From the NCBI GenBank assembly GCA_964347265.1, contig CAYFXV010000003.1:3001-67000 (forward strand): a stretch of DNA of 64,000 nt, read 5' to 3'. Within the stretch, counting starts at the first letter, position 1, and each line of letters starts with the position of its first letter. Below the pieces are notes generated by a model that did no database searches, had not been told where the DNA came from, and saw only the letters and a program-made list of their open reading frames with translations. The position numbers and the translations under genes were made by a program. The DNA comes from an uncultured archaeon. Its GTDB lineage: Archaea > Aenigmatarchaeota > Aenigmatarchaeia > Aenigmatarchaeales > Aenigmatarchaeaceae. Below, one piece after another: positions 28,557 to 38,407 of this stretch.

Positions 28557-28832
28557 TTGTACAAGTTTTCACAAAAAGGTATTATGACTAAAGGAAAATT
28601 CCTTGCAGGAACTGCAACAACTACTGGATATGCATATTTGTACAGCGTGACTGATTTAGCTTCAAAATATTTATTAAAATCAGCTCCAGATGGTTTAATT
28701 GATAAGATTCTTTGGGGAGTAACAAATGCTCCTGCATATTTAGCAATAGGTGCTACTCTTGTAGGTGGTGCTTGGGTTGCTTCAAAATTAATTCCAGGTT
28801 ATCTTAGAAAGAAAAGTGAAGGAGAAAAATAA
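28557..28832 (+). CDS. Small membrane protein (hypothetical, 91 aa)
   Basis: Two hydrophobic helices. No family. Confidence 0.35.
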   Translation: MYKFSQKGIMTKGKFLAGTATTTGYAYLYSVTDLASKYLLKSAPDGLIDKILWGVTNAPAYLAIGATLVGGAWVASKLIPGYLRKKSEGEK

Positions 28833-28846
28833 GGAGTTAGTTTAAT

Positions 28847-29248
28847 ATGTCTACAATAATACCAGTTGAGAAAAATGGAAAAGTTGAGATGGAATCAAGA
28901 CCTCTAAGACAGTATCAAGTAGAACTTTCAACTGAGAAAGGTTATTTAATGGTAAATTGCCCTTGTGGAGGAATAAAAAGAATTAATCCAAAAGCTTACA
29001 TGTTAGAGGGTAAATTGATGGAATCTGTAAGAGAAGAAAAACATACTTGTGGTAGAAAGTTCCAAACATATGTTAAAATGGTTAATGGAAGACCTGACAT
29101 TAGAGTAGCTGTAACAAAACATCACATACCTCTAAGATTATTTGATCTCAATTTTGGAATGGAAGAAATACAAGGTGGTGTAGAGTTCAAAATTGATAAC
29201 AATGGTTCAGATACTCAAATACCGCAAGGACCTGTTAAACTCAGTTAA
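28847..29248 (+). CDS. Hypothetical protein with a CPCGG...H.CG zinc-binding-like motif (133 aa)
   Basis: ORF with an AGGAG-like SD upstream. Cys/His spacing suggests a small Zn site. Confidence 0.4.
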   Translation: MSTIIPVEKNGKVEMESRPLRQYQVELSTEKGYLMVNCPCGGIKRINPKAYMLEGKLMESVREEKHTCGRKFQTYVKMVNGRPDIRVAVTKHHIPLRLFDLNFGMEEIQGGVEFKIDNNGSDTQIPQGPVKLS

Positions 29249-29310
29249 GTTAATAATTGGATCGATTTTTTCCTTTTTTGATCCAATTATAATAATTTAA
29301 AGAACATAAC

Positions 29311-30345
29311 TCAACGGCAAATCAGTTTTCTTTGTTCAGCCCAGTCCTTAATTTCTCCTGTTAAAATATATTTTGCTTTTCTCAATTCTTCTATATTTTT
29401 AGAACCAGTTAGAATCATTGCTGTTTTTAGTTCTTTTTCTATTCTATCAATAAATTCTTCAACACCTTTCTTTCCCTGTTTTTTCAAGACTCTTAGAAAT
29501 GGTAAAGCCATTCCACACATGTCTGCTCCTAAAACAATTGATCTTGCAATATCAATTCCAGACCTAATTCCGCCAGTAGCAATTAATGGTAAGCCAACTT
29601 TACATTCTAAAATTGATATTGGGGTTGGTATGCCCCAGTTTACAAAACTGCTAAAATTATTTCCAGATCTTATTCCATCAACCACAATCCAATTGGTACC
29701 TCCAAATCCTCCCACATCTATTGCTTTTACACCAGCCTCTTTTAGCTTTAGTGCAACCTCTTTACAAATTCCAAAACCAACTTCTTTCCCAATAATAGGA
29801 CATCTCAATTCCATGCACAATTTTTTTAATGAACGGAGAGACCCATTGAAATTAATATCTCCTTCTTTCTGAAATAATTCTTGAGAAGGATTGATATGAA
29901 CAAATAATGCATCTGCTTCCACGTATTCTAGTGCATCTTCAATTTTTTTTGTTCCAAATTCTTTTAACTGATACAGTCCTATGTTACTAAACAGAAAAAT
30001 ATGGGGGGCCACATCTCTTACATAATAAGTTTCTTTTAGTTTGGGGTTTTCTATCATGGCTCTTTGAGACCCTAATGAGAAGCCTATACCTTTTTTTTCT
30101 GCTACTTCTGCTAGATCTTTGTTTATTTGTTCTGCTTCTAATGTTCCTCCTGTCATTGAAGCTATTGTTAAGGGTAAGCTAAATTTTTTTTCCAAGAATG
30201 TTGTTGTTGTATCTATCTCGCTCAAACTCAATTCTGGCAGAGAATTATGAATAAGAATCACGTCTTCAAAACATTTTTTCTGACTTTCAACATCATTATC
30301 TAGACATATTCTTAAGTGATCTCTCTTTCTTTGCTCTGTTGACAT
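29311..30345 (-). CDS. fni: Isopentenyl-diphosphate delta-isomerase, type 2 (FMN-dependent)
   Basis: The TIM-barrel flavoprotein signatures are SMTGGT, GGFGGTNW and GGIRSG. Length 344 aa. Confidence 0.8.
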   Translation of the reverse strand: MSTEQRKRDHLRICLDNDVESQKKCFEDVILIHNSLPELSLSEIDTTTTFLEKKFSLPLTIASMTGGTLEAEQINKDLAEVAEKKGIGFSLGSQRAMIENPKLKETYYVRDVAPHIFLFSNIGLYQLKEFGTKKIEDALEYVEADALFVHINPSQELFQKEGDINFNGSLRSLKKLCMELRCPIIGKEVGFGICKEVALKLKEAGVKAIDVGGFGGTNWIVVDGIRSGNNFSSFVNWGIPTPISILECKVGLPLIATGGIRSGIDIARSIVLGADMCGMALPFLRVLKKQGKKGVEEFIDRIEKELKTAMILTGSKNIEELRKAKYILTGEIKDWAEQRKLICR

Positions 30346-30549
30346 ATTAAAAGAATGAGATGAAATAGTATTTAAATATGTATATTTGGGTACGATGGGA
30401 GTCGAATCAAAAGAATCTTTTTAATATTTTCTCATCAGAAGTTCTAATAAGATCTGGAAGTTCCTTTAAATCTTTTTCTTTATTAAACTTTCTCCAACCT
30501 CTCACCCAAAACCACCAAAGCACTTAAAGATTACTTTACAATTTAGATT

Positions 30550-31431
30550 ATGTTCAAACCAAGAAAAACGAAACCTAGATTTCCAGCACAAAATGAAGTT
30601 TTCTTTTCTGTAAAAAATAATCCTTCAACATATGAAGAAATAAGTCAGAGAACAGGAAAATCAAAAGAGCAACTATACACTCATGTAATCAGTTTAAATA
30701 AAAAGGGTATAGTTGGAACAGTAAACATGAGTTTAGGTAAGAGTGGGAGCAGTTATGGATATTCTTCATATGAACTTGTTGGTAAACTAATAAAAAAATC
30801 AATAATCTATGTTTTGGGAGATGAAACACTTCTTGGTAAAAGAATAATAAGAGATATGCCAGCAGAATTGACTCAAGGAATGAAAAAAGGTATAACCACA
30901 AGATTAATACCTAAACTTCCGTATGATGCTGCTGAAGTTATCCGTGATTATATGCGTGAACATGTTGTTTGTAGATATCCATTTGATACTAAAGAACATG
31001 AAGTGGAGATAGTAAATCCTGGAGGAGAATTTGCTCATGAAAACTTTCCAAAATCAAAGTATGCAACAGACTTTGTCTTACCATTAGGAGCTCCTGTATT
31101 GGCTGCTCATGAAGGGACTGTTATGTCAGCGAAACATGATTCTGATGTTCATTTATCACCAGCAGAAGTAAAACATTTAACCATAGATGAAAAAATAAAT
31201 TTAGCATCAAAATATGCAAATCTTGTAGAAATACGTCATAAAGATGGATTTTTTACTGAATATGCTCATTTAACAAAAAGAGAAGTTGTATCAGAAGAAG
31301 ATGTGAAAGAAGGGGATGTAATAGGTTATGTTGGTATGTCTAGAATAACAAGTTTGTCATATTTACATATCAATGCTTTCAAGATGGAGAATGAAAAACC
31401 TATAAGCATTCCTGTGAAGTTTATTGAGTAA
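30550..31431 (+). CDS. M23 (LytM-type) metallopeptidase with an N-terminal winged-helix domain
   Basis: The C-terminus carries FAHENF..D, AAHEGTV and YAHL....V..G..V..G..IGYVGMS.....YLHINAF, matching the M23 HxxxD / HxH layout. The N-terminus is wHTH-like. Confidence 0.6.
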   Translation: MFKPRKTKPRFPAQNEVFFSVKNNPSTYEEISQRTGKSKEQLYTHVISLNKKGIVGTVNMSLGKSGSSYGYSSYELVGKLIKKSIIYVLGDETLLGKRIIRDMPAELTQGMKKGITTRLIPKLPYDAAEVIRDYMREHVVCRYPFDTKEHEVEIVNPGGEFAHENFPKSKYATDFVLPLGAPVLAAHEGTVMSAKHDSDVHLSPAEVKHLTIDEKINLASKYANLVEIRHKDGFFTEYAHLTKREVVSEEDVKEGDVIGYVGMSRITSLSYLHINAFKMENEKPISIPVKFIE

Positions 31432-31440
31432 ATTCAGGAT

Positions 31441-31944
31441 TTAAGTTTTAATCATACCATTTTCATTTCTTTTAACTAGAATCTTAAAAAAGTCTCTTAT
31501 TGTTAGCTCTTCAAGTAGAGAATAGTCCTTAAAGACAGATGGAATGTCTAGCGTATCATTAAGTTGAAGTATTTTTTTGGCTGCCTTTTTATTGACTTCT
31601 TCTAAAGGCTTTTGTACACACAAACCTAATTCTGGATCTTTTCTATAAGCTCTACATACCCAAGATCTATTATCATATCTTGAACATCGTCCTGAATCAT
31701 TTAAAAATGGACAAAGAAAATATTTCTTATCGTTTCTAAGTTTTTTTGGTTTATTAAAAATATCTACTATTTCTTTTTCAGTTAAATTATCAACTAAGAA
31801 AGCAAATTCTATATAAGTTAGTTTCACATCTTCTATGCAACATTTATGACAATTGGGATCGCATAACTCCGAACCATCTTTCATATTTGCATAAATTTTT
31901 TGTAATTGTCTTTTTTGAAATCTTTTAAGTGGTATTAATTGCAT
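31441..31944 (-). CDS. YkgJ-family (CxxCxxCC) putative Fe-S/Zn-binding protein
   Basis: CDPNCHKCCIE plus FLCPFLNDSGRCSRYDNRSWVCRAY, typical of PF03692-like proteins. Confidence 0.5.
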   Translation of the reverse strand: MQLIPLKRFQKRQLQKIYANMKDGSELCDPNCHKCCIEDVKLTYIEFAFLVDNLTEKEIVDIFNKPKKLRNDKKYFLCPFLNDSGRCSRYDNRSWVCRAYRKDPELGLCVQKPLEEVNKKAAKKILQLNDTLDIPSVFKDYSLLEELTIRDFFKILVKRNENGMIKT

Positions 31945-32004
31945 AATTTAAGAAAGAACACTAAAAAATTTAAACCCTTTGATTAAGAAATTAAAGCTTA
32001 AATT

Positions 32005-32976
32005 CTATTTTTCTACTCTTACTCCCTCTGCATTAAGTTTAACTTCTATAAATGTGCCATGTTCTTTTTCAATTGCATTTACCACATTATTAAAATTCTC
32101 TTTATCAGTTATAGCAATCATACAGTCTCCGCCACCAGCTCCTGATAATTTTGCTCCATACGCTCCTACATTTTTTGATGCAGATATTAATTTTTCTAAT
32201 TCAAGAGAACTAACATCAAGACCTCTTAACAATTCTTGATTAAAATTCATCAATTTACCAACTCTTTTCCAATTATTTTTTTGAATTTCAATTCTAGCTT
32301 CATCTACTATTTTTGCACTGTCATCAAAATTCTTATTAATTGTTTCTGGATTTTCAGCTAATTTTCTATATAGCATTTTTACCAAAGTAGCTGTATCTGC
32401 TTTAATACCAGTATAACCAACAACTAAAGGAAGTTCTTTAATATTAATTGGTTCTATGATTTTTCCTCCAGTAACGAAATATAATGTTCCTCCATATATG
32501 GCAGCTGCCACATCAAATCCTGAACCAACATCTTGAATGTCTAAAACAGTTTTGTAAGAAAGATCAAACAATTCTTTGTTATTAATTTTAATTCCAAACA
32601 GTTCAGACAAACCTTTTAATGTGGAAACAGTAACTGCAGAAGAGCTTCCTAAACCAAATTTACTAGAGAATTCACTTTTAGTTTTTACATCAAGACCACT
32701 TTCAATTTTATATTTCTCAAAAAAATTTTTAATAGCAGTAAGAACAAATCTAACTTTTTTAGGATGTTGCTTTCTCAAATTTCTTATAGAAATTTTATAA
32801 TCTTCAATATTCATGTCAGGAGCATTCAGAAAAATTTTATTATCATTTCTTTTATTCAATGAAACACTTATTCTATGGTCAACAGCAGTAACTATGCAAG
32901 GTCTGTTATGAACAACAGCGTGATCACCAAATAACATTAATTTTCCAGGAGCAGAAACTTTAATCATTTTAATCAT
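32005..32976 (-). CDS. GHMP kinase, mevalonate-kinase-like paralog (candidate phosphomevalonate kinase)
   Basis: N-terminal KVSAPGKLMLFGDHAVV and the GHMP motif SSKFGLGSSSAV. The start overlaps the stop of the MVD-family gene. Confidence 0.65.
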   Translation of the reverse strand: MIKMIKVSAPGKLMLFGDHAVVHNRPCIVTAVDHRISVSLNKRNDNKIFLNAPDMNIEDYKISIRNLRKQHPKKVRFVLTAIKNFFEKYKIESGLDVKTKSEFSSKFGLGSSSAVTVSTLKGLSELFGIKINNKELFDLSYKTVLDIQDVGSGFDVAAAIYGGTLYFVTGGKIIEPINIKELPLVVGYTGIKADTATLVKMLYRKLAENPETINKNFDDSAKIVDEARIEIQKNNWKRVGKLMNFNQELLRGLDVSSLELEKLISASKNVGAYGAKLSGAGGGDCMIAITDKENFNNVVNAIEKEHGTFIEVKLNAEGVRVEK

Positions 32977-34001
32977 TAGAACAAGTGTTTACTTACTGCC
33001 TTGGTATCACCGCCTGGTCGATTGTGAATTGTATTGATGACACCTTCTATTTGATTTAATCTTTTTTCAACTTCTCTTACATATTCAGGTAAGGTGATAA
33101 CATGGACATTTGGACCTGCATCAATAGTCTTGTAAGCTTCTATTCCCTCTTCTCTCCAAGATTGAATTTCATTTATTATTCTAACAGTAGTTGGAGACCA
33201 GTAAACCAAAGGTGGTTTAGTTGTCATCATAACAGAATGTAGAAGGAAACTTTCAAACTCAATTGTTTCTCCTATTTTCTTGAAATCCTTTTCTGCAAGA
33301 CCTTCTTTTATTTTTTTAATATTTATTGAAGACATTTTTACAAAACTGTCATAAAAAGGACATGTCTCCATGCTCATTGCCATTCCTGATCTTGAAGAAA
33401 CCTTTTTTTCTTCAGGTTTAACAATTGCTACAACATCTCTTAAATCAAAATAATTCTCATCATAAAGTTGATGAGCATAAGACTCTTCACTTCTTTTACC
33501 AGAAAACCAATGAACATATCCTCCTTTAATTGATCTAGAAGAAGAACCACTTCCTTTTCTAGAAAGAATTGAAAGTTCTTTTTCATCTAATTCTAGTCCT
33601 AATGCAGCACACCCTGCAACTGTTAGTGCAGCAAAACCAGAAGCAGATGAAGCTAAACCAGCACCTTTTGGAAAATTATTATTTGATACTACTTTTGCTT
33701 TGAGAATAGTGTTTGCATATTTTCTTAGATTGTCTAAATGTCTAATGATTTTTAATAAAGGTTTTCCATTCTGTAATATACCATTAATATAGGCAATATC
33801 TTTTCCATAATGTTTTGAGAATTCAACTGTTGTATGAGTATTTAATTTGTCAACAGTCATTGATAAACTGCTTCTTGTTGGAATAAACAAATGAGGATCT
33901 GCTTTTCCCCAGTATTTAACAAATGCTATGTTTGAATTAGCAATCGCACTTCCTTTCACGTTTCTATTTATGATAAAATTCCTATGGCACTTTGTTACCA
34001 C
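32976..34001 (-). CDS. Mevalonate (di)phosphate decarboxylase family protein
   Basis: AFVKYWGKADPHLFIPTRSSLSMT and PKGAGLASSASGFAALTVA are MVD-family signatures. Confidence 0.75.
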   Translation of the reverse strand: MVTKCHRNFIINRNVKGSAIANSNIAFVKYWGKADPHLFIPTRSSLSMTVDKLNTHTTVEFSKHYGKDIAYINGILQNGKPLLKIIRHLDNLRKYANTILKAKVVSNNNFPKGAGLASSASGFAALTVAGCAALGLELDEKELSILSRKGSGSSSRSIKGGYVHWFSGKRSEESYAHQLYDENYFDLRDVVAIVKPEEKKVSSRSGMAMSMETCPFYDSFVKMSSINIKKIKEGLAEKDFKKIGETIEFESFLLHSVMMTTKPPLVYWSPTTVRIINEIQSWREEGIEAYKTIDAGPNVHVITLPEYVREVEKRLNQIEGVINTIHNRPGGDTKAVSKHLF

Positions 34002-34020
34002 TGCCGGTGGTAAAAAAAGT

Positions 34021-35064
34021 TTATATTAGCTTAACACCTTCTACTCCTATTTTAGCTTGAAAAGAATTGAATCCTTTATCTCTATAGATTTTTATCAAAT
34101 GTTTTGCTTGTTTCTGATCTTTAGCTAAAACAATACAGCAACCACCGCCCCATCCTCCAGTTGGCTTTGCTCCTAAAGCTTTATTTTTAATTGCAATTCC
34201 GATTATTTTGTCTAATTTTTCTGTTGAGATATTGAGTTTTTTCAATTCCAAATAATACTCTAGCATTAAATTTCCTATTAATTCCAAGTTTTGCTCTTTC
34301 AAAGCATCTAAAGATTGAAAAGAAATATCATTTAATCTCTCTAATATTTGATCAACGAATTTTTGATTCTCCTCTCTTTGTTCTCTAATATAAGGAACAG
34401 TATCGCCTGTTCTAGCTGGTTCTCCACTATCTACAAAGATCAAAGGAAGTTCAAAATTAATATTAATGAGTTTTATTCCTTCAGATCTTTTATATTGAAT
34501 ATATTCTCCATGAGTTACAATTGAATTATCAATACCAGATGGCGTACCGCCATGTGCAATTATATCGCCTTCATAAGCAAATTCTGAGATTTTATTTTTA
34601 GATAAACGTTTTCCTAAAAACTTTGAAACTGCTAAAACAAGTGAAGAAAATAAAGAAGAACTTGAACCCAGGTTCTTAGGAACTTTTGTTTCAATTATGA
34701 TTTCAAGTGGTTTAAAGCCATATTTTTTCATCAAGATAGCAATCACAAAAAATAATGCGTTTAATTTATGTTTTTTTCCAATTTCTTTTATTTCATTAAA
34801 TTTGTTCTCTTTTTTCAATTTCTCAATCTTGTCAAAAAATTTGAAAAGTTCATTTTTTGTTAAAGATTTCTTTAAATTCAAATCCTTACTGTTTATCAAA
34901 ACATTTTTAATATTTGAATTAACTGTAATAAAACATCTTTTATCAACACTGGTAGCTATTCCTAATCCATTATAAACTACAGAATGCTCTCCGAATAATA
35001 TAACTTTACCAGGGGCAGAAGCTTTAATTTCCTGCAATTTCTTGGAGCTCCTCTCCACTGACAT
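34021..35064 (-). CDS. mvk: Mevalonate kinase
   Basis: IKASAPGKVILFGEHSVVYNG N-terminus and a GHMP ATP motif (PKNLGSSSS). Length 347 aa. Confidence 0.7.
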   Translation of the reverse strand: MSVERSSKKLQEIKASAPGKVILFGEHSVVYNGLGIATSVDKRCFITVNSNIKNVLINSKDLNLKKSLTKNELFKFFDKIEKLKKENKFNEIKEIGKKHKLNALFFVIAILMKKYGFKPLEIIIETKVPKNLGSSSSLFSSLVLAVSKFLGKRLSKNKISEFAYEGDIIAHGGTPSGIDNSIVTHGEYIQYKRSEGIKLININFELPLIFVDSGEPARTGDTVPYIREQREENQKFVDQILERLNDISFQSLDALKEQNLELIGNLMLEYYLELKKLNISTEKLDKIIGIAIKNKALGAKPTGGWGGGCCIVLAKDQKQAKHLIKIYRDKGFNSFQAKIGVEGVKLI

Positions 35065-35332
35065 AGTAGGTGTCTCCTAAACCATTACAATAAGTGCTAC
35101 CACAATCATGAGACCAACATCTACGTTTTTCTCCTTCATATCTCGTTTTGTTTCCTTCTAAATCAGGTTCTAATCCATCTGTTCCATATCTTCTTCTTAA
35201 TTCACTTTCAATTTTTTTACTAAATTCAGTAAAACCTTCAAAAGGAGAGAACTTTATTGCAACCTCGTCTAAATTTCCTAGAACTTGAATTTTTTCAGAA
35301 GTTAATCTGTTTCCCATTATTTCTTCAGGCAT
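35024..35332 (-). CDS. Hypothetical small Cys-containing protein overlapping the mvk start
   Basis: 102-aa ORF with a CWSHDCGSTYC motif and a 41-nt overlap with mvk. Confidence 0.3.
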   Translation of the reverse strand: MPEEIMGNRLTSEKIQVLGNLDEVAIKFSPFEGFTEFSKKIESELRRRYGTDGLEPDLEGNKTRYEGEKRRCWSHDCGSTYCNGLGDTYYVSGEELQEIAGN

Positions 35333-35401
35333 AATAAAGTCTAATGGAGCTTAGATTGAAAATAAATTTGTTACCACCAAAAGTGGTAAAAGAAATTTAA
35401 A

Positions 35402-36205
35402 TTAAGCTTTGATAACAGTTCCTAAACCTCTTTCTCCTAATAAAGCTCTTTTAAGAAAACCTTCTTTCTCTCCGTTTATTATCTCAGATTCAATTCCAAA
35501 TTTTGTCAATACAAACATTTGATCAACTTTATGGAGCATTCCACCTGTAATATCAATTCCTGCACTTCCTCCAAGATATTCCCTGACCTGCAGATAATTT
35601 TTTGGATTTATTTCTGGTATTAATTTCGCATCTGGATATTTGTTAGGATCTTTATCAAAAACACCATCTGTTATTCCTACAAGAATAATTCTTTTAGAAT
35701 CTAAATCTCTTGATAAAAAATTTAAAATTTCTTCTGTAGAAATTATAGAACAGCCTCTTCTTACATCTATTACCACATCTCCATATACAACAGGAAGCAA
35801 ATTGTATCTCAACATCATTTTCATAGGTTCCAAATACCAATGTTTGATTATACTTTCTTCTGCTATGACAGATGAAGAAGGATTAAAAGAAATGGCGTTT
35901 TCACCAGCTTCTATTAAAGAATCTACAACAATTCTGTTTAGATTTGCTGCTGCATCTTGAACTGCTGCTATTCCTTTGAAGCTCTCTTTATCTATTACTC
36001 CCAAATCTGTTCTGTAATCCTTTGCAGGTTTATGGGGAAATGAACCTCCGCCGTGTCCTATAATCAGTTTCAATTTTTCTTTTTCCTGTCTAGCTTCATA
36101 TATTTCTCCTGCCAATCTTTTAATAACATCCGGTCTAGTAGTGAATGGTTTAGTTTTATCAGTAATTAAACTTCCGCCTAATTTAAGAAGTATGAGATTC
36201 TCCAT
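35402..36205 (-). CDS. ipk: Isopentenyl phosphate kinase (amino-acid-kinase fold)
   Basis: LKLGGSLITDK N-terminus and a His at HGGGSFPHK, typical of IPK. Length 267 aa. Confidence 0.75.
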   Translation of the reverse strand: MENLILLKLGGSLITDKTKPFTTRPDVIKRLAGEIYEARQEKEKLKLIIGHGGGSFPHKPAKDYRTDLGVIDKESFKGIAAVQDAAANLNRIVVDSLIEAGENAISFNPSSSVIAEESIIKHWYLEPMKMMLRYNLLPVVYGDVVIDVRRGCSIISTEEILNFLSRDLDSKRIILVGITDGVFDKDPNKYPDAKLIPEINPKNYLQVREYLGGSAGIDITGGMLHKVDQMFVLTKFGIESEIINGEKEGFLKRALLGERGLGTVIKA

Positions 36206-36241
36206 AATATTACTTTATTAGTATTTTAAAAAATAAGTTTC

Positions 36242-36427
36242 TTAATCCCATCGGGCTTCTGATACTGAATTTTTATATTTCTCAAAAATTTCTTCTCTTC
36301 TGGGATCAGAAGGGTCTAAACTATTATATTCGATCGCTAATCTATTCATTTCTTGATCAGCATAACCTACACGCAATGGCCATGGAGTTACAATTAACTT
36401 ATCAGGTAATTTTTTTTCTTTAGGCAT
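36242..36427 (-). CDS. Hypothetical 61-aa protein
   Basis: Listed in the ORF track only. Confidence 0.25.
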   Translation of the reverse strand: MPKEKKLPDKLIVTPWPLRVGYADQEMNRLAIEYNSLDPSDPRREEIFEKYKNSVSEARWD

Positions 36428-36476
36428 AATATCACTTATTACTATTTAGTTATAAATATTTTTAAAGCTATCCTTT

Positions 36477-37565
36477 TTATATCTTTCTCTCAACCAGGTA
36501 ATCAGCAAAAGCTTTTAGCTTTCTTTTAGCATCTGATTCTGGAAGTAATTTATCAACTCCTTTCCATGCTTCTCTTATCATCTTCCTAGATTTTTCTTTT
36601 GCATATTCTACAGAATTGTATTTCTTAATTATTGCTATTGCCTCGTCTCTTAAATCCTGATCAGTTGTGTGCATGTCAAGAATTTCTAATAATCTTTTTC
36701 TATCTTTTTCATTTGCTTTTCGTAAACTTCTTATAACTGGCAAACTTCTTTTTCCCTCAGTTATATCTTCTCCCAAACCTTTTTTATCAGTGAATTCTCC
36801 TTCAACCAAATTCAAGACATCATCCTGTATCTGAAATGCAATTCCAATTGTTTCAGCATAATTTCCTATTTTTTCTGTTAACTCATCATCTGCACCTGAA
36901 AGTATTGCAGCAATTTTAGCTGACATCCTAGCCAAAGTTCCTGTTTTGAATGCGCACATCTGCAAATATTCTTCTTCAGTTAAATTATCTGCATTACACA
37001 TTCCATTGTGCCATGCTATATCCATTGCTTGGCCTAAACTCAGGTTTGTCATTTCTCTAATATAAGTCTCATGAACTTTAAGCAGAGTTTCTGAATCAAA
37101 TTTATCTCTATGTTTAAGCAAAGGTAACATTGGGAGGTAGTACATCATATTTCCAGTATTAATAGTTACATCTAAACCATAAATTTTGTAAGTGCATGGT
37201 TTGCCTCTTCTTAGTTCACTTCTGTCTTCAATATCATCTATAAATAATGTCCCATTGTGAATGATCTCTGGTATTACAACAAAATCAAAAACTTTATCCT
37301 TATCTCCTCCTAAAGCTTCAACAGTTAACAAAAATAAACTTGGTCTCCATCTTTTTCCACCCCTGTCCAAGAATTCCCATATAGGTTCGGTGATGGTTTT
37401 GTTTACACAATCTAGATTGAACTTATACTTAGGTTCTCCAAAAACAAATTTCATGAAATCCATGTCAAATTTTTTAGGAATCCACCTTTCAATTCTTTTG
37501 TCTATGGTAGGTTTTTTTTCTGCTAATAGTTTTTTAATATCAATCTCAGACATTTTTACAACCAC
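36477..37565 (-). CDS. Polyprenyl (geranylgeranyl) diphosphate synthase
   Basis: First DDxxD motif LFIDDIEDRSELRRGKP, second FQIQDDVLN. Confidence 0.8.
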   Translation of the reverse strand: MVVKMSEIDIKKLLAEKKPTIDKRIERWIPKKFDMDFMKFVFGEPKYKFNLDCVNKTITEPIWEFLDRGGKRWRPSLFLLTVEALGGDKDKVFDFVVIPEIIHNGTLFIDDIEDRSELRRGKPCTYKIYGLDVTINTGNMMYYLPMLPLLKHRDKFDSETLLKVHETYIREMTNLSLGQAMDIAWHNGMCNADNLTEEEYLQMCAFKTGTLARMSAKIAAILSGADDELTEKIGNYAETIGIAFQIQDDVLNLVEGEFTDKKGLGEDITEGKRSLPVIRSLRKANEKDRKRLLEILDMHTTDQDLRDEAIAIIKKYNSVEYAKEKSRKMIREAWKGVDKLLPESDAKRKLKAFADYLVERKI

Positions 37566-37637
37566 TTAAAAATTAACTTATTTTAAGTAGATAACTGATG
37601 TTTATAAATGTTATATGTCTATTCGACAATAAGTTAA

Positions 37638-38405
37638 TCATTTTCTAAAAGGTTCTGCACGTTTCCACAAAAATTCATAATAGGATTTTACCAAATTTAT
37701 TAAGGCTGGGTTATTCGACCATATGAATTCAGAGTCATGTTCATTATCTACTCTTAAACAAATTTCTTTGTCATCAACTAAGCAAATACGTGGTTGAATT
37801 TTCAGTGGCATCATTTTTATTTTAACATTGTGTGAAGAATACCACTCTGCTCTTGCTGAATTTAGTTTTTTAAGTCCATTTGTTATACTTAATAATCTAA
37901 CATCAATTCCTCTTTTGGCAGTATTTATGATTTGTTGATCCAAATCTGGAATCCTAGAAAATTCCTTGGTCATGCCGTAAGCATAATTTCTTGCATTTTT
38001 TAACATGATTGAAACTTTTTCCAAAAAATTCTTTTTGCCTTGACATATCCATATGCTTCCCAAAGGTTGTTGTTTTGTGGTTCTTTTTTTAATTTTTTTC
38101 AAAACTTCTCCTGCTTTTTTTTCTAAAGTATTAACATTTTCCTTTTTTTTCTTAATTATTTTTTTCACAATATGAGAAGCATCTAAAACTTTGTATTTTT
38201 TATATTTACCATTTAAAGAAATTTCTAGTATTGATTTTGATTCAAGTTTGTTTAATATTTCATAAACTTTGGAATATGGAATTTCAGTATTTTTACTTAT
38301 ATCTGAAGCTGTTAATGGTCCTTTTGTAGATAAAACTAAAAAAACCCTTGCCTCATAATCACTAAATCCAAATTCAATTAAATCGTTAACAAGATTTTTA
38401 TCCAT
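37638..38405 (-). CDS. TrmB-family transcriptional regulator
   Basis: N-terminal wHTH (FGFSDYEARVFLVLSTKGPLTASDISKNTEIPYSKVYEILNKLESKSILE) plus a C-terminal sensor domain. Confidence 0.65.
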   Translation of the reverse strand: MDKNLVNDLIEFGFSDYEARVFLVLSTKGPLTASDISKNTEIPYSKVYEILNKLESKSILEISLNGKYKKYKVLDASHIVKKIIKKKKENVNTLEKKAGEVLKKIKKRTTKQQPLGSIWICQGKKNFLEKVSIMLKNARNYAYGMTKEFSRIPDLDQQIINTAKRGIDVRLLSITNGLKKLNSARAEWYSSHNVKIKMMPLKIQPRICLVDDKEICLRVDNEHDSEFIWSNNPALINLVKSYYEFLWKRAEPFRK

Positions 38406-38407
38406 AT

